Source of the DNA: a virus
Strand: one strand, 5' to 3'
Virus record (IMG/VR): IMGVR_UViG_3300028394_000001
Location: 32,001-96,000 of that record
Length of the DNA: 64,000 nucleotides
A model generated the notes under the pieces. The model made no database searches and was not told the origin of the DNA. It worked only from the letters and a program-made list of their open reading frames with translations. Shown here piece after piece: positions 1 through 9,557 of this stretch (position 1 is the first letter of the stretch; every line of letters starts with the position of its first letter). Both the position numbers and the translations under genes were made by a program.

Positions 1-9
1 AATCCACCC

Positions 10-498
10 GTGAATGCCAACGAATTTGCATCCACTTTGGTGGAAACTTGTAAAAAGAATGGAGGCCTAGGATTATCCGCAAATCAGTGTGGGTTTCCTT
101 ATCGTATATTTGTCATGGGTGCCAATGATGAATATGTGGCATTTGTTAATCCTAAAGTTGTTTCATCTGAAGGTGAAGCACACATGATTGAAGGATGTCT
201 ATCTTTTCCACTTCTAGGACTTAGAATTACGAGACCGCAGGATATTGTGGTAGAATACCAAGATTTTCTAGGTGCAAAACATACCACAAGACTTAATGGT
301 ATATCTGCAAGGTGTTTTCTCCACGAGCTTGACCATATGGATGGAATAGTATATACTGACCGTGCAAAGCCTTTGGCGCTTAAATCTGGCCAAGATAAAC
401 GTCAGAAAACTATTAGAAATATTTCTAAAGCACAAGCTAATTATATGAACATGATGAAGAAAATTGAGAAACAAGATAATGGCAAAAAAACCAATTGA
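10..498 (+). CDS. def: Peptide deformylase (probably truncated at the window edge)
   Basis: Motifs GLSANQCG, EGCLS and HELDH. Confidence 0.93.
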   Translation: MNANEFASTLVETCKKNGGLGLSANQCGFPYRIFVMGANDEYVAFVNPKVVSSEGEAHMIEGCLSFPLLGLRITRPQDIVVEYQDFLGAKHTTRLNGISARCFLHELDHMDGIVYTDRAKPLALKSGQDKRQKTIRNISKAQANYMNMMKKIEKQDNGKKTN

Positions 499-1744
499 AC
501 CTTTAGACAAACAATGGGAGCGGTGGCAAGCAAAAAATCCACCAACCAAAAATATTAATGTTGATTTACTGAAGCAAACTTTGATTGATGATTTGACCCG
601 TGCATCACAGATGGATGTAAAAGAATATACACTCTTTCAGAAATGGACTGAAGTTAAAGAACGATATCCAGGTAAAGCAACACACAATCTTTTTGGTGAA
701 CCTGATATTGATTGGGGTGATGATAAACAAGCTGCTATTATCAATAAAGTAAAAAATAATATTTGGGTACCAAAAAACGCAGACGACTATGAAAAATTAG
801 AACCTCAAATGTATTTGGCCAATTCAAAACGAGTTGATGAGTGGAACGCAATTAGAACTTTTTCATCCACAATGAAAAACAATTCTAATATTGGCAGAAA
901 TTTATACTATATCGTTAGAGACCTTGTGACTGAAAAGTATCTTGGCGTTGTTTGTATTTCTTCTGATTTTCTGGACCTTACACCTAGAGATTCTGCAATT
1001 GGATGGCCTAGAGACATTAAGACACAACAAAAAATGATTAATCATACAGCAATTGGTTCTACTATTGTTCCATTGCAACCTCTTGGTTATAATTATATGG
1101 GTGGCAAGTTGTTAGCTATTCTTTGTTTGTCAGATACTGTACAGAAAGATTGGAAAGAAAAATATGGAGACACTCTTGTTGGTGTTACTACAACGTCACT
1201 ATATGGAAAAACAAAAGCCAACGGGCTTTCTCAGTATGATGGTTTGGAACATTGGCAGAAAATGGGATTTTCTTCTGGATCAGTTGCGTTTGAGCCTTCA
1301 CGTTCTACTCGTAATATGGTATATCAATGGGTTAAAGAAACCGATCCAAGAAAATATTTCGAATGGTGGGAAGCAAAACAAGGAAAAGGACTTCCATTAA
1401 AACGTGACCACAAAAACCGTTCATTGAATTATGCGTATTCAAAATTGAATATTCCAAAAAATATGATTCGAACGGAACACCAACGTGGAATTTATTTTTC
1501 TCCTCTTTATGATAATACAAATGAATTCCTAAGAAAAGAAATTGATGATAATGACTTGATTAAATCCTTCGACACAAGTGTAAAAACTTTGACGGATATT
1601 TGGAAAACAAAGTATGCAAAAGGCCGTATTAGGCAACTACAGAAACAAAACAAGGTTTCATATGAAAGTCTTTTCTATGATGACCTAATCTATTTGACTT
1701 GGGAAGAAACCAAGGCAAAGTATCTGCCACAAGTTGGCAGGTAA
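464..1744 (+). CDS. DUF4338/DruA-like protein; likely start ATG near 479
   Basis: IVPLQPLGYNYMGGKLLA and TTSLYG..SQYDG motifs, shared with 23583..24689. Confidence 0.6.
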   Translation: MRNKIMAKKPIEPLDKQWERWQAKNPPTKNINVDLLKQTLIDDLTRASQMDVKEYTLFQKWTEVKERYPGKATHNLFGEPDIDWGDDKQAAIINKVKNNIWVPKNADDYEKLEPQMYLANSKRVDEWNAIRTFSSTMKNNSNIGRNLYYIVRDLVTEKYLGVVCISSDFLDLTPRDSAIGWPRDIKTQQKMINHTAIGSTIVPLQPLGYNYMGGKLLAILCLSDTVQKDWKEKYGDTLVGVTTTSLYGKTKANGLSQYDGLEHWQKMGFSSGSVAFEPSRSTRNMVYQWVKETDPRKYFEWWEAKQGKGLPLKRDHKNRSLNYAYSKLNIPKNMIRTEHQRGIYFSPLYDNTNEFLRKEIDDNDLIKSFDTSVKTLTDIWKTKYAKGRIRQLQKQNKVSYESLFYDDLIYLTWEETKAKYLPQVGR

Positions 1745-1766
1745 ATCAAGTATACCACAAATATGC

Positions 1767-1795
1767 TTGACAAACATCATATATAAATGTATGAT
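1767..1795 (+). promoter_or_regulatory. Sigma70-type promoter
   Basis: TTGACA-17-TATGAT. Confidence 0.75.
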
Positions 1796-1844
1796 GGTGA
1801 CACTCACGCAATGTGAGGTATTTTTTAATTATTGGAGTTATATT

Positions 1845-2114
1845 ATGGAAAAAGTTTCCGCAAAACAAAAAATCTTGACCGCACTTAAACAAACTGAGGG
1901 TTACAACACCTTTACTGTTAAGGCTGCACAACGCCGTTTCGGTATCAAGAATGTTTCCGCACGGATCGAAGAGCTTCGCAAAGAAGGTCATGTTATTTAC
2001 ACTAACACACGTTACACAGAAAGTGGCGAAAAAATCAGTTTCTATCGTCTTGGTTCACCAACCAAATCAATGGTTAGAGCTGCAATGAGCGCAGGTTACT
2101 CACTAACTGCTTAA
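1845..2114 (+). CDS. Small winged-helix DNA-binding protein
   Basis: GGAG RBS before ATG 1845; NVSARIEELRKEG HTH-like motif. Confidence 0.6.
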   Translation: MEKVSAKQKILTALKQTEGYNTFTVKAAQRRFGIKNVSARIEELRKEGHVIYTNTRYTESGEKISFYRLGSPTKSMVRAAMSAGYSLTA

Positions 2115-2126
2115 TAAGCAAATCAT

Positions 2127-2153
2127 AAACCACTTCTCTGCGGAAGTGGTTTT
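2127..2153 (+). terminator. Intrinsic terminator
   Basis: AAACCACTTC/GAAGTGGTTT hairpin followed by T tract. Confidence 0.75.
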
Positions 2154-2174
2154 CCCTATTTTAATGGAGTTTAC

Positions 2175-2972
2175 ATGGAAATAAATATTAAAACTGAAGA
2201 GCTTCGCAAACTTAGCCTTTTTATAGCTACACCTATGTATGGTGGTATGAACCATGGTTTGTACATGAAGGCTTGTTTAGATTTACAAGGCCTCTGTATG
2301 CAATATGGAATTCAAGTAAAGTTCTCTTTCTTGTTCAATGAATCTTTGATTACAAGGGCAAGAAATTATTTGGTGGATGAATTTTTGAATCGGTCAGAAT
2401 GCACACACATGCTGTTTATTGATTCTGATATTAATTTTAATCCCCAAGATGTTATCGCATTGTTAGCACTCGACAAAGATGTTATTGGTGGTCCTTATCC
2501 TAAGAAAGCCATCAAATGGAGAGCAGTCAAGAAAGCTCTTGAACGAAACCCAACACTTGAACCACAAGAACTGGAAAAAGTTGCAGGTGATTTCGTTTTC
2601 AATCCTGTTAAAGGAACTCAGCAATTCTCTGTACATGAACCTCTAGAAGTATTGGAAATTGGTACAGGTTTTATGATGATTAAACGTGAAGTATTTCCCA
2701 AATTCGCTGCACAGTATCCACAACTCAAATACAAACCTGACCATGTAGGCCAGGCAAACTTTGATGGTTCACGATACATTCATGCATATTTTGATACCGT
2801 AATCGACAAAGATTCTGAGCGTTATCTGTCGGAAGATTATATGTTCTGTCAGTGGTGGAGAAACATGGGCGGTTCAATTTGGTTGTGTCCTTGGATGCGT
2901 ACACAACACATCGGCACTTATCATTTTCATGGAGATATGCCAGCTGTTGCTAATTATGTTGGAGAAATGTAA
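2175..2972 (+). CDS. GT-A fold glycosyltransferase-like protein
   Basis: HMLFIDSD (DxD), GTGFMMI and SEDYMFC motifs. Confidence 0.7.
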   Translation: MEINIKTEELRKLSLFIATPMYGGMNHGLYMKACLDLQGLCMQYGIQVKFSFLFNESLITRARNYLVDEFLNRSECTHMLFIDSDINFNPQDVIALLALDKDVIGGPYPKKAIKWRAVKKALERNPTLEPQELEKVAGDFVFNPVKGTQQFSVHEPLEVLEIGTGFMMIKREVFPKFAAQYPQLKYKPDHVGQANFDGSRYIHAYFDTVIDKDSERYLSEDYMFCQWWRNMGGSIWLCPWMRTQHIGTYHFHGDMPAVANYVGEM

Positions 2973-3316
2973 TGCCTAAATTAGTTTACGAAATTGGTCG
3001 TAAATATGATGCTGAAAAATTAGAATACGGTTTACTGCCGCCTTTAGCATTAGAAGAAACTGTTAGAGTTTTAACATTTGGTGCTAAAAAATATGAGCGT
3101 GATAATTGGAAAAAAGTACCTGATTCAAAACGCAGGTACTTTGATGCACTAGAAAGACATGTGTGGGCATGGAAGAAGGGTGAAATTATGGACCCTGAAT
3201 CTGGCATACATCACTTGGCACATGCAATGTGCTGCTTGATGTTTCTATATGAACATGATATAATGTATTCTAATGAAAATTTTGTAATGGAGAAAAAAGA
3301 TGAAACTATCAAATGA
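2972..3316 (+). CDS. dATP/dGTP diphosphohydrolase domain protein (DUF5664-like)
   Basis: VLTFGAKKY..NW, RH and DPESG.HHLAHA motifs. Confidence 0.8.
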   Translation: MPKLVYEIGRKYDAEKLEYGLLPPLALEETVRVLTFGAKKYERDNWKKVPDSKRRYFDALERHVWAWKKGEIMDPESGIHHLAHAMCCLMFLYEHDIMYSNENFVMEKKDETIK

Positions 3317-3965
3317 AACCCTAAATGTATTGAAGAATTTCTCATCAATCAATCAGGGTATTGAATTTAAAAAAGGTAATAAACTTACCACAATTTCCGC
3401 AGGTAAATCTATACTTGCACAAGCAACTTTGAAAGATGATATTCCAGAAGATTTCTGTGTATATGATTTGAATCAATTTTTATCTGCATATTCTTTGTTT
3501 AAAGACACAGAATTAAAATTTGATTCCGCAAATGTTATTTTTGATGGAGGCCGCCGTAAGACTAAGTTTCGTAAAGCTGCAAAGGAAATGATTGTCACTC
3601 CTCCTAATAAAGAAATTAAATTAGATGAAGTTGATTGCTCGTTCACTCTAACCTCTGATGATTATGCTGATATCCTGAAAACAGCTTCTGTGTTATCTTC
3701 TCCAAATGTTACCTTGCAATCAGACGGAGAGTCGGTTGAATTGGTTGCTTTTGATGCAAAAGACGATTCACAACATAACAGTTCTATTAGTGTTGGTGCC
3801 GGCAACGGTAAATCATACAGGATTGTTTTTAAAGTTGAAAACTTAAAAATGGTTCCTGGTGAATACGAAGTGCAAATCTCTTTCAAAGGATTCGCACATT
3901 TTAAAAATACAAAAGAAGACATTCAATACTGGGTCGCTTTTGAAAAGAATGAAAGTGTGATGTAA
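3300..3965 (+). CDS. gp45: Sliding clamp
   Basis: MKLSNETLNVLKNFSSIN, YDLNQFL; synteny with gp44 and gp62. Confidence 0.95.
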   Translation: MKLSNETLNVLKNFSSINQGIEFKKGNKLTTISAGKSILAQATLKDDIPEDFCVYDLNQFLSAYSLFKDTELKFDSANVIFDGGRRKTKFRKAAKEMIVTPPNKEIKLDEVDCSFTLTSDDYADILKTASVLSSPNVTLQSDGESVELVAFDAKDDSQHNSSISVGAGNGKSYRIVFKVENLKMVPGEYEVQISFKGFAHFKNTKEDIQYWVAFEKNESVM

Positions 3966-4156
3966 TGTTAATTCCATTTCTAGATGCTGAAACAGAAGGC
4001 ACAATTTTTGTAAATCCAAAACAAATTTCTGTTGTATTTGAAGGTAAAAATCCTGAAGGTATCCAATTAACTATGATTAATCTTTTGAACGGTAATGTTG
4101 CAACAAGAGAACCTTTGTTGGACGTTGTTGGTAAACTACAAGCGGAGCTAAAATGA
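3965..4156 (+). CDS. Hypothetical protein
   Basis: Translationally coupled ORF. Confidence 0.6.
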   Translation: MLIPFLDAETEGTIFVNPKQISVVFEGKNPEGIQLTMINLLNGNVATREPLLDVVGKLQAELK

Positions 4157-4428
4157 CTACAGTAAATACACTATTTGGTACATTCGATGAGAAACAACTA
4201 AAGAGCCTGAGGGGTTATATTGAGGAGATTGTTACATGTATGAACAGAACAAGATCCAATAATGAATCTATTTCCGACATGATTGATTTGGCTCACGATG
4301 AACTTAATCTTCCAAAAAAGATTATTCGTAAAATTGCCGTATACGAATTCAAACAGTCACTATCAACCGACTTTGCCGAATTCAAAGAAGTTGAGGCTCT
4401 AATTGAAGGTATCAAGGAAGCTAAATGA
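4153..4428 (+). CDS. T4 DsbA-like dsDNA-binding protein
   Basis: Size and helical pattern (DELNLPKKIIRKIAVY) resemble T4 DsbA. Confidence 0.6.
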   Translation: MTTVNTLFGTFDEKQLKSLRGYIEEIVTCMNRTRSNNESISDMIDLAHDELNLPKKIIRKIAVYEFKQSLSTDFAEFKEVEALIEGIKEAK

Positions 4429-4760
4429 CACCTACCGGTCGTAGAAGTTTTGCAAAATCATTAGGCCTTTTAGGCCTTTTTGCGGTTGGTGTAGAAGGAT
4501 ATAACCAAGTGACGGAACGAATTGTCTACAAAGATGACAAGATTGCTTCTGATGAAATGTCCAAAAAACTTGACGATGGTTATCATCTTTCTTTTACCGC
4601 CAAATACGGTGAAGTTGATAATAATCTATACTCACGTTATTCTCTTTATACTGGTACAAAATATGTTCCTGGGACAGAAAAAGATGTTACTATACATTTG
4701 AAACCTGGACCAGATGGTAAACTTTACGTCAAGGAGGGTGACATTTGGCGTAAAGTGTGA
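4425..4760 (+). CDS. Hypothetical protein with twin-arginine-like N-terminus
   Basis: GRRSFAKSLGLLGLFAVG. Confidence 0.55.
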   Translation: MTPTGRRSFAKSLGLLGLFAVGVEGYNQVTERIVYKDDKIASDEMSKKLDDGYHLSFTAKYGEVDNNLYSRYSLYTGTKYVPGTEKDVTIHLKPGPDGKLYVKEGDIWRKV

Positions 4761-4793
4761 TACAATGAATTTTTTATATTATGGAGTCTTTGA

Positions 4794-5726
4794 ATGACTG
4801 AACACATGTTATGGGTTGAGAAGTATCGCCCAAAAACTATTGGAGATTGTATTCTCCCGGAATCACTGAAAGCGACATTTCAGGAATTCGTGAATCGTAA
4901 AGAGATACCTAATCTCTTATTGTCTGGCACCGCCGGTGTCGGTAAAACTACTGTTGCTCGAGCGTTATGTTTGGAAGTTGGTTGTGATTATATCATAATT
5001 AACGGTTCTGATGAAAATGGCGTTGATACTATCCGCGTTAAGATTAAAAATTATGCTTCTTCTGTGTCACTTATGGGTGGCAGAAAAGTAATCATTATAG
5101 ATGAATCGGACTATCTTACACCGAATGCACAAGCAATCCTTCGTGCATCCATTGAAGAATTTGCATCTAATTGTTCTTTCATCTTCACTTGTAACTTTAA
5201 GAATAGGATTATTGATCCAATTCATTCTCGTTGCACATGTATTGACTTCAAGTTGAATGGTTCTAAAGCCACTATGGCTTCTAGGTTCTTCAAACGGGTT
5301 GAGAGCATTCTTTTACTTGAACATGTAAAATATGATAAAGAAGTTGTTGCTGCACTAATCACAAAACATTTTCCAGATAATCGTCGGATTCTAAATGAAT
5401 TACAGAGATTTTCTGTTTCTGGTGTTATCGATAAAGGTGTTTTAGGTTCAGTTGCTGATATTGAAATTACTGGTCTAATCAAATCACTCAAATCAAAAGA
5501 TTTTGCAGGAGCACGAAAGTGGGTTACACAAAATATAGACAATGATGCAACAAAAATATATCGAAAACTTTATGATAGTCTGTATGAGCTGTTGCAACCA
5601 AATTCTGTTCCACAATTGGTTCTACATCTAGCTAAGTACCAGTACCAGGCTGCTTTCGTTGCAGACCATGAAATTAATATGATTGCCTGCCTGACTGAAA
5701 TTATGGTTGACTGTGAGTTTAAATGA
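4794..5726 (+). CDS. gp44: Clamp loader large subunit
   Basis: LWVEKYRP, Walker A GVGKTT, DESD, SRC. Confidence 0.96.
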   Translation: MTEHMLWVEKYRPKTIGDCILPESLKATFQEFVNRKEIPNLLLSGTAGVGKTTVARALCLEVGCDYIIINGSDENGVDTIRVKIKNYASSVSLMGGRKVIIIDESDYLTPNAQAILRASIEEFASNCSFIFTCNFKNRIIDPIHSRCTCIDFKLNGSKATMASRFFKRVESILLLEHVKYDKEVVAALITKHFPDNRRILNELQRFSVSGVIDKGVLGSVADIEITGLIKSLKSKDFAGARKWVTQNIDNDATKIYRKLYDSLYELLQPNSVPQLVLHLAKYQYQAAFVADHEINMIACLTEIMVDCEFK

Positions 5727-6325
5727 TTTACACTAATGAAAATATGAAACTCTTTTGGACAACAAAAGACAATGTTTACAACCTTACAAAAGGACTTACT
5801 AGTGTTGTTTATGCTTTTTGCTGGGCAAATTCAGTTCCAACGGAACATGAATGGCCTTTTATGTTAAAAGAAACTTTCTATTTTGGTATGGCTGGTGGGT
5901 TAAGAGATAATTATATTGGAGATAGAAAAGAACCACATAGAGTACCTGTATTGACTACTGCACCGCATCAACGGATGAAAACTCATTTGTCTAAGTTTAA
6001 TGATAAGTATGGTAATTTTGGCCAAGAAAAGAGAAAGTATGAATTGTATCATAATTTATTTTCGGAAGATTTTATCAGCAAAAAGACTTTATGCATTGCT
6101 CTCTTGGTACCAAAATCACATGTGGCATCTATTGGCATGAGAAATTTATTGTCTTTGGTGGAAAGTGAACAGATATATCAATATCAAAAAATGTTTGGCC
6201 AACTTCCAGCATTGAATCTCGCAGAAGCTGATAATCTAAGTGATTCTAGAAAAGATGAAAAATCCATTTCTCAAACCTTCGTACAGAATCTGAAGAAACA
6301 AGATTTAACTCAGTGGATGAATTGA
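5723..6325 (+). CDS. Hypothetical protein, possibly a degenerate GIY-YIG nuclease
   Basis: VVY..YFG..R..E..N order; lies between gp44 and gp62. Confidence 0.4.
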   Translation: MIYTNENMKLFWTTKDNVYNLTKGLTSVVYAFCWANSVPTEHEWPFMLKETFYFGMAGGLRDNYIGDRKEPHRVPVLTTAPHQRMKTHLSKFNDKYGNFGQEKRKYELYHNLFSEDFISKKTLCIALLVPKSHVASIGMRNLLSLVESEQIYQYQKMFGQLPALNLAEADNLSDSRKDEKSISQTFVQNLKKQDLTQWMN

Positions 6326-6326
6326 T

Positions 6327-6734
6327 ATGCCAGATTTATTTAAAGAGATTATACCGTCTATTCTCCAAACAAAAAAGAATGTTTTTGAAGGTGAATATTA
6401 TGAAGATTACAAACCTTTTCTTATTAACCGCTCTCTGTCCTATCACATGGACTGTGTACTGTATGCCAATGAAATGAACATCAATTCCAGTATTGATAAA
6501 GACATGCAATACCAGTATCTTCTAAATACTATTAGACCCATGAAACGGAAATTTCAACCGTGGCAAAAAACAGAGGTTTTGAAAGATTTGGAATGCGTGA
6601 AAATACATTTTGGTTATTCAAATGAAAAGGCCAAAGAAGCCCTCCGCATACTTAATGAAGACCAAATCGCTGAAATAAGAGCAAAAACAAATAAAGGCGG
6701 AATTAATAATGATAGGAATACAGGACTTAGTTGA
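6327..6734 (+). CDS. gp62: Clamp loader small subunit
   Basis: YKPFLINRSLS, ANEMN, YGY/FGYS motif; synteny. Confidence 0.92.
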   Translation: MPDLFKEIIPSILQTKKNVFEGEYYEDYKPFLINRSLSYHMDCVLYANEMNINSSIDKDMQYQYLLNTIRPMKRKFQPWQKTEVLKDLECVKIHFGYSNEKAKEALRILNEDQIAEIRAKTNKGGINNDRNTGLS

Positions 6735-7113
6735 AGTAACTTTAACACAACCAGACGATTTTCTAAAAGTAAGAGAGACATTGACCAGAATTGGTGTTGC
6801 TTCGAAGAAGGACAAAACTTTATTCCAGTCTTGCCATATCTTACATAAACAAGGCAAATACTATATTGTACACTTTAAAGAATTGTTTGCACTTGACGGG
6901 AAACCGACAGATTTATCTGAAAATGATTTATCCCGTAGGAACGCCATTGCACTCCTATTAGAAGATTGGGGTTTAGTCAAGATTGTTAATGAAGCACAAG
7001 TACAACAACCTGAACCAATTTTTATTTCGCAAATCAAAATATTGTCACACAAAGAGAAGAATGAATGGCAATTAACACCTAAGTATAACATAGGCACTAA
7101 AAAGAAAATATAA
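6709..7113 (+). CDS. regA: Translational repressor RegA
   Basis: DDFLKVRETLTRIG, SCHILHKQG.YYIVHFKELF. Confidence 0.97.
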   Translation: MIGIQDLVEVTLTQPDDFLKVRETLTRIGVASKKDKTLFQSCHILHKQGKYYIVHFKELFALDGKPTDLSENDLSRRNAIALLLEDWGLVKIVNEAQVQQPEPIFISQIKILSHKEKNEWQLTPKYNIGTKKKI

Positions 7114-7505
7114 TGTCATATTCAAGCAAGGTTATAGACCATTACGAAAATCCAAGAAATGTTGGAAAATTTGTAGTTGATGATTCCATAGGAACAGGAA
7201 TGGTAGGCGCTCCTGCGTGTGGAGATGTGATGAAACTACAAATAAAAGTGGAAGATGGAATAATTACCGATGCTAAATTTAAAACATATGGATGCGGATC
7301 GGCGATTGCAAGCAGTAGTCTCGTCACTGAGATGGTTAAGGGACTCACTCTGGCACAAGCCGGAGAAATCAAAAATAATAGAATTGCGGCTGAGCTCGCC
7401 CTCCCTCCTGTCAAAATTCATTGCTCTATCCTTGCAGAAGATGCGGTCAGAGCAGCCATTAACGACTATCAAGGAAAACATGATAAACTTAACTGCCAGT
7501 GCTAA
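7113..7505 (+). CDS. iscU: Fe-S cluster scaffold IscU
   Basis: DHYENPRNVG, GAPACGD, GCGSA, LPPVKIHC. Confidence 0.96.
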   Translation: MSYSSKVIDHYENPRNVGKFVVDDSIGTGMVGAPACGDVMKLQIKVEDGIITDAKFKTYGCGSAIASSSLVTEMVKGLTLAQAGEIKNNRIAAELALPPVKIHCSILAEDAVRAAINDYQGKHDKLNCQC

Positions 7506-7791
7506 AGAACAAATAACAGAAATTCTTATGGATGAAGATGCTTCTTATGTGAGAGCTTTCATTTCAGGTGGTGGTTGTTCTGGTTTCAATTACGGTTTTA
7601 CTTTAGAAAGCCAAAAAGAAGAAGATGATATTTTGGTTGAAGACAATTTTATAATTGATGCACTAAGCATGCAACATTTTCTTGGTGCCACAATAGATTA
7701 TACAAGAGACAAATTAAAAGGTTCACAATTTGTTATAAAAAATCCAAATGCGAAAACAACTTGTGGTTGTGGAAGTAGTTTCAGCGTATAA
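7480..7791 (+). CDS. erpA: A-type Fe-S carrier (ErpA/IscA family)
   Basis: GGGCSGF and NPNAKTTCGCGSSF; AAGGA RBS before ATG 7480. Confidence 0.88.
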   Translation: MINLTASAKEQITEILMDEDASYVRAFISGGGCSGFNYGFTLESQKEEDDILVEDNFIIDALSMQHFLGATIDYTRDKLKGSQFVIKNPNAKTTCGCGSSFSV

Positions 7792-7794
7792 ATA
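7787..7794 (+). promoter_or_regulatory. T4-type late promoter
   Basis: TATAAATA. Confidence 0.7.
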
Positions 7795-7800
7795 TAACAC

Positions 7801-7945
7801 AGGCCCACCTTAGGGCTGTTTGATGCTACGGTAAAAGGCGTCCGGGCAATTGCACTGTCACCCGTTAGTTGGCCCTGTATTAAGTAAGCAGGATTATCGT
7901 TACGCCTTCGGGGTAACAAATTATTAACTCGCTTTTAAAGGAGCA
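7801..7945 (+). ncRNA. Unassigned structured RNA or 5' leader
   Basis: GC-rich intergenic tract with consecutive hairpins and possible loop-loop pairing. Confidence 0.45.
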
Positions 7946-7949
7946 AAAA

Positions 7950-8153
7950 ATGCTATCATATGCAAATATGGCTATTGACGCCATTCAATCCGGTAAATCT
8001 TCTTGGGTCAACACATTCATTAAAAACGAAAGTGTCAGCAAACCTATGCAAGAATTCATTACAGCACAATCCGCATACACCAAACAAGTCTGTAAGACTC
8101 TTTGGGAATTATCTGGTTCAGTTGCTGGTGATGTTTTTAAATCTAAGAAGTAA
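7950..8153 (+). CDS. Small helical hypothetical protein
   Basis: AAGGAG RBS, 67 aa ORF. Confidence 0.7.
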   Translation: MLSYANMAIDAIQSGKSSWVNTFIKNESVSKPMQEFITAQSAYTKQVCKTLWELSGSVAGDVFKSKK

Positions 8154-8163
8154 GGAGAATATT

Positions 8164-8613
8164 ATGACATATATTAAAGATGTATTTGGTAATGACCTTT
8201 TTGGTAAACTTCAACCTTTCACAATCGGCTTTGACGAAACAATGGATATGTTGCGTAAAACTGCCGAACAAACACAAAAGGCTGTTGGTTATCCGCCATA
8301 TAACATCAAGCAAGTAAAAGAAAACAAGTACGTCATTGAAATGGCAGTTGCTGGTTTTGCTAAAACTGACCTTGAGATTACTATGGACGGAAACAAGCTT
8401 CTAGTCAAAGGTTCAACCAAAGATGAAGAAGGTGAACAATTCCTATACAAAGGTATTGCAAACCGTGGATTTGAACGTGCTTTTACTTTGAATGACAAAG
8501 TTGAAATCAAAGATGCAGAACTGGTAAACGGTATGCTTAAAATTTGGTTGGAAAACATCGTCAAGGCTCAAGATGCCATTAAGAAAATTGGCATCAAGGA
8601 CAAATCAGAATGA
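8164..8613 (+). CDS. hsp20: Small heat-shock protein Hsp20/IbpA
   Basis: YPPYNI, EMAVAGF, YKGIANRGFERAF, NGML; RBS before ATG 8164. Confidence 0.95.
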   Translation: MTYIKDVFGNDLFGKLQPFTIGFDETMDMLRKTAEQTQKAVGYPPYNIKQVKENKYVIEMAVAGFAKTDLEITMDGNKLLVKGSTKDEEGEQFLYKGIANRGFERAFTLNDKVEIKDAELVNGMLKIWLENIVKAQDAIKKIGIKDKSE

Positions 8614-8780
8614 AAACCATTTTCAAATTTATCCAAGAAAAAATCCAAGAACTAAACCATTTACAAAATTATGGAAATGCTCTAGAGCAATACATTCTTG
8701 CAAATAATCCAACAAGTATCCACGATGTGGAAAAGTTGGAAAGACAATTTGACAAGAGAAATTCCATAAAAAATTGGTAA
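8610..8780 (+). CDS. Small hypothetical protein (56 aa, absent from ORF track)
   Basis: ATGA overlap with hsp20 stop; MKTIFKFIQ... Confidence 0.6.
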   Translation: MKTIFKFIQEKIQELNHLQNYGNALEQYILANNPTSIHDVEKLERQFDKRNSIKNW

Positions 8781-8788
8781 TCTAGGAC

Positions 8789-8824
8789 GGGGGGCTTGAC
8801 AAAGCCCCCTCTTTATGTTATACT
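8789..8824 (+). promoter_or_regulatory. Terminator-like hairpin containing a sigma70 promoter
   Basis: GGGGGCTT-GACA-AAGCCCCC hairpin; TTGACA-17-TATACT. Confidence 0.7.
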
Positions 8825-8833
8825 GCGTTCATT

Positions 8834-9037
8834 ATGAAAAATCTTGAACAAAAACCAATCAAATTGCGTAATAAATTGAACCCGACGGAGTTCTATTGGA
8901 CATACTCGACCTGGGGTGTTGAACAGATTGACGGGGTAGATTTTTTACCTGTAACCAAATTCGAACCTTCGGATAAAAGAAATCATCAATTATATCGGAT
9001 TCGTAAAGATTCCTTGGAGAAAGTGAAAAATGGCTGA
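8834..9037 (+). CDS. Hypothetical protein
   Basis: ORF directly after promoter. Confidence 0.6.
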   Translation: MKNLEQKPIKLRNKLNPTEFYWTYSTWGVEQIDGVDFLPVTKFEPSDKRNHQLYRIRKDSLEKVKNG

Positions 9038-9371
9038 TAAGAAACTCTATATTGTCGAAACTATTTCTATGTTTCGTATGCGTTATGTCGTGGAAGCTAA
9101 TGAATCTGAACATGCAGCAGATGAAGTTGTGTTTGGACTAGGTAATAGTGAATTGAAAGAATTCTCACAACACCATGTGGATGAGGTAATCACAAGCACC
9201 CGTGAAATCTCGCAAGAAGAATATGTGAAATTGTTTGATGTAGATAATGATTATTTGAAAGAATGGACTGTTGTACAAAAACTTGACTTTGTAAACAAAA
9301 TTGATTACGATAAAAACGACCGCAACGAGATTGGTGATCCACTCTTTGAACCGTTTGGTTCAACATCGTAA
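9030..9371 (+). CDS. Hypothetical protein
   Basis: Coupled ORF with phage-like codon use. Confidence 0.7.
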   Translation: MADKKLYIVETISMFRMRYVVEANESEHAADEVVFGLGNSELKEFSQHHVDEVITSTREISQEEYVKLFDVDNDYLKEWTVVQKLDFVNKIDYDKNDRNEIGDPLFEPFGSTS

Positions 9372-9383
9372 TAAATAAAACTC

Positions 9384-9458
9384 CTGGCGGTAGTTCAATG
9401 GACAGAACAGTAGCCTTCTAAGCTATCAATCCAGGTTCGATTCCTGGTCGCCGGACCA
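9384..9458 (+). tRNA. tRNA-Arg(TCT)
   Basis: Cloverleaf, loop CTTCTAA, 3' ACCA. Confidence 0.93.
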
Positions 9459-9464
9459 GATAAA

Positions 9465-9539
9465 GCGCCAATAGCTTAATGGTAAAGCGTTCGACTCATA
9501 ATCGACTGAGTGTAGGTTCAATTCCTACTTGGCGCACCA
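9465..9539 (+). tRNA. tRNA(CAT), probably Ile2 (lysidine type)
   Basis: CGACTCATAATCG anticodon arm, 3' ACCA. Confidence 0.85.
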
Positions 9540-9557
9540 ACCTATCAAGGAGATAGC

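Noticed and set aside
464-1744. A complete Druantia defence system
   Set aside because: Only DUF4338-like genes are present; no DruE-like helicase or operon context.
7270-8163. Long N-terminal extensions of erpA (7270) and hsp20 (7960) in the ORF track
   Set aside because: They overlap upstream genes; RBS-supported starts are at 7480 and 8164.
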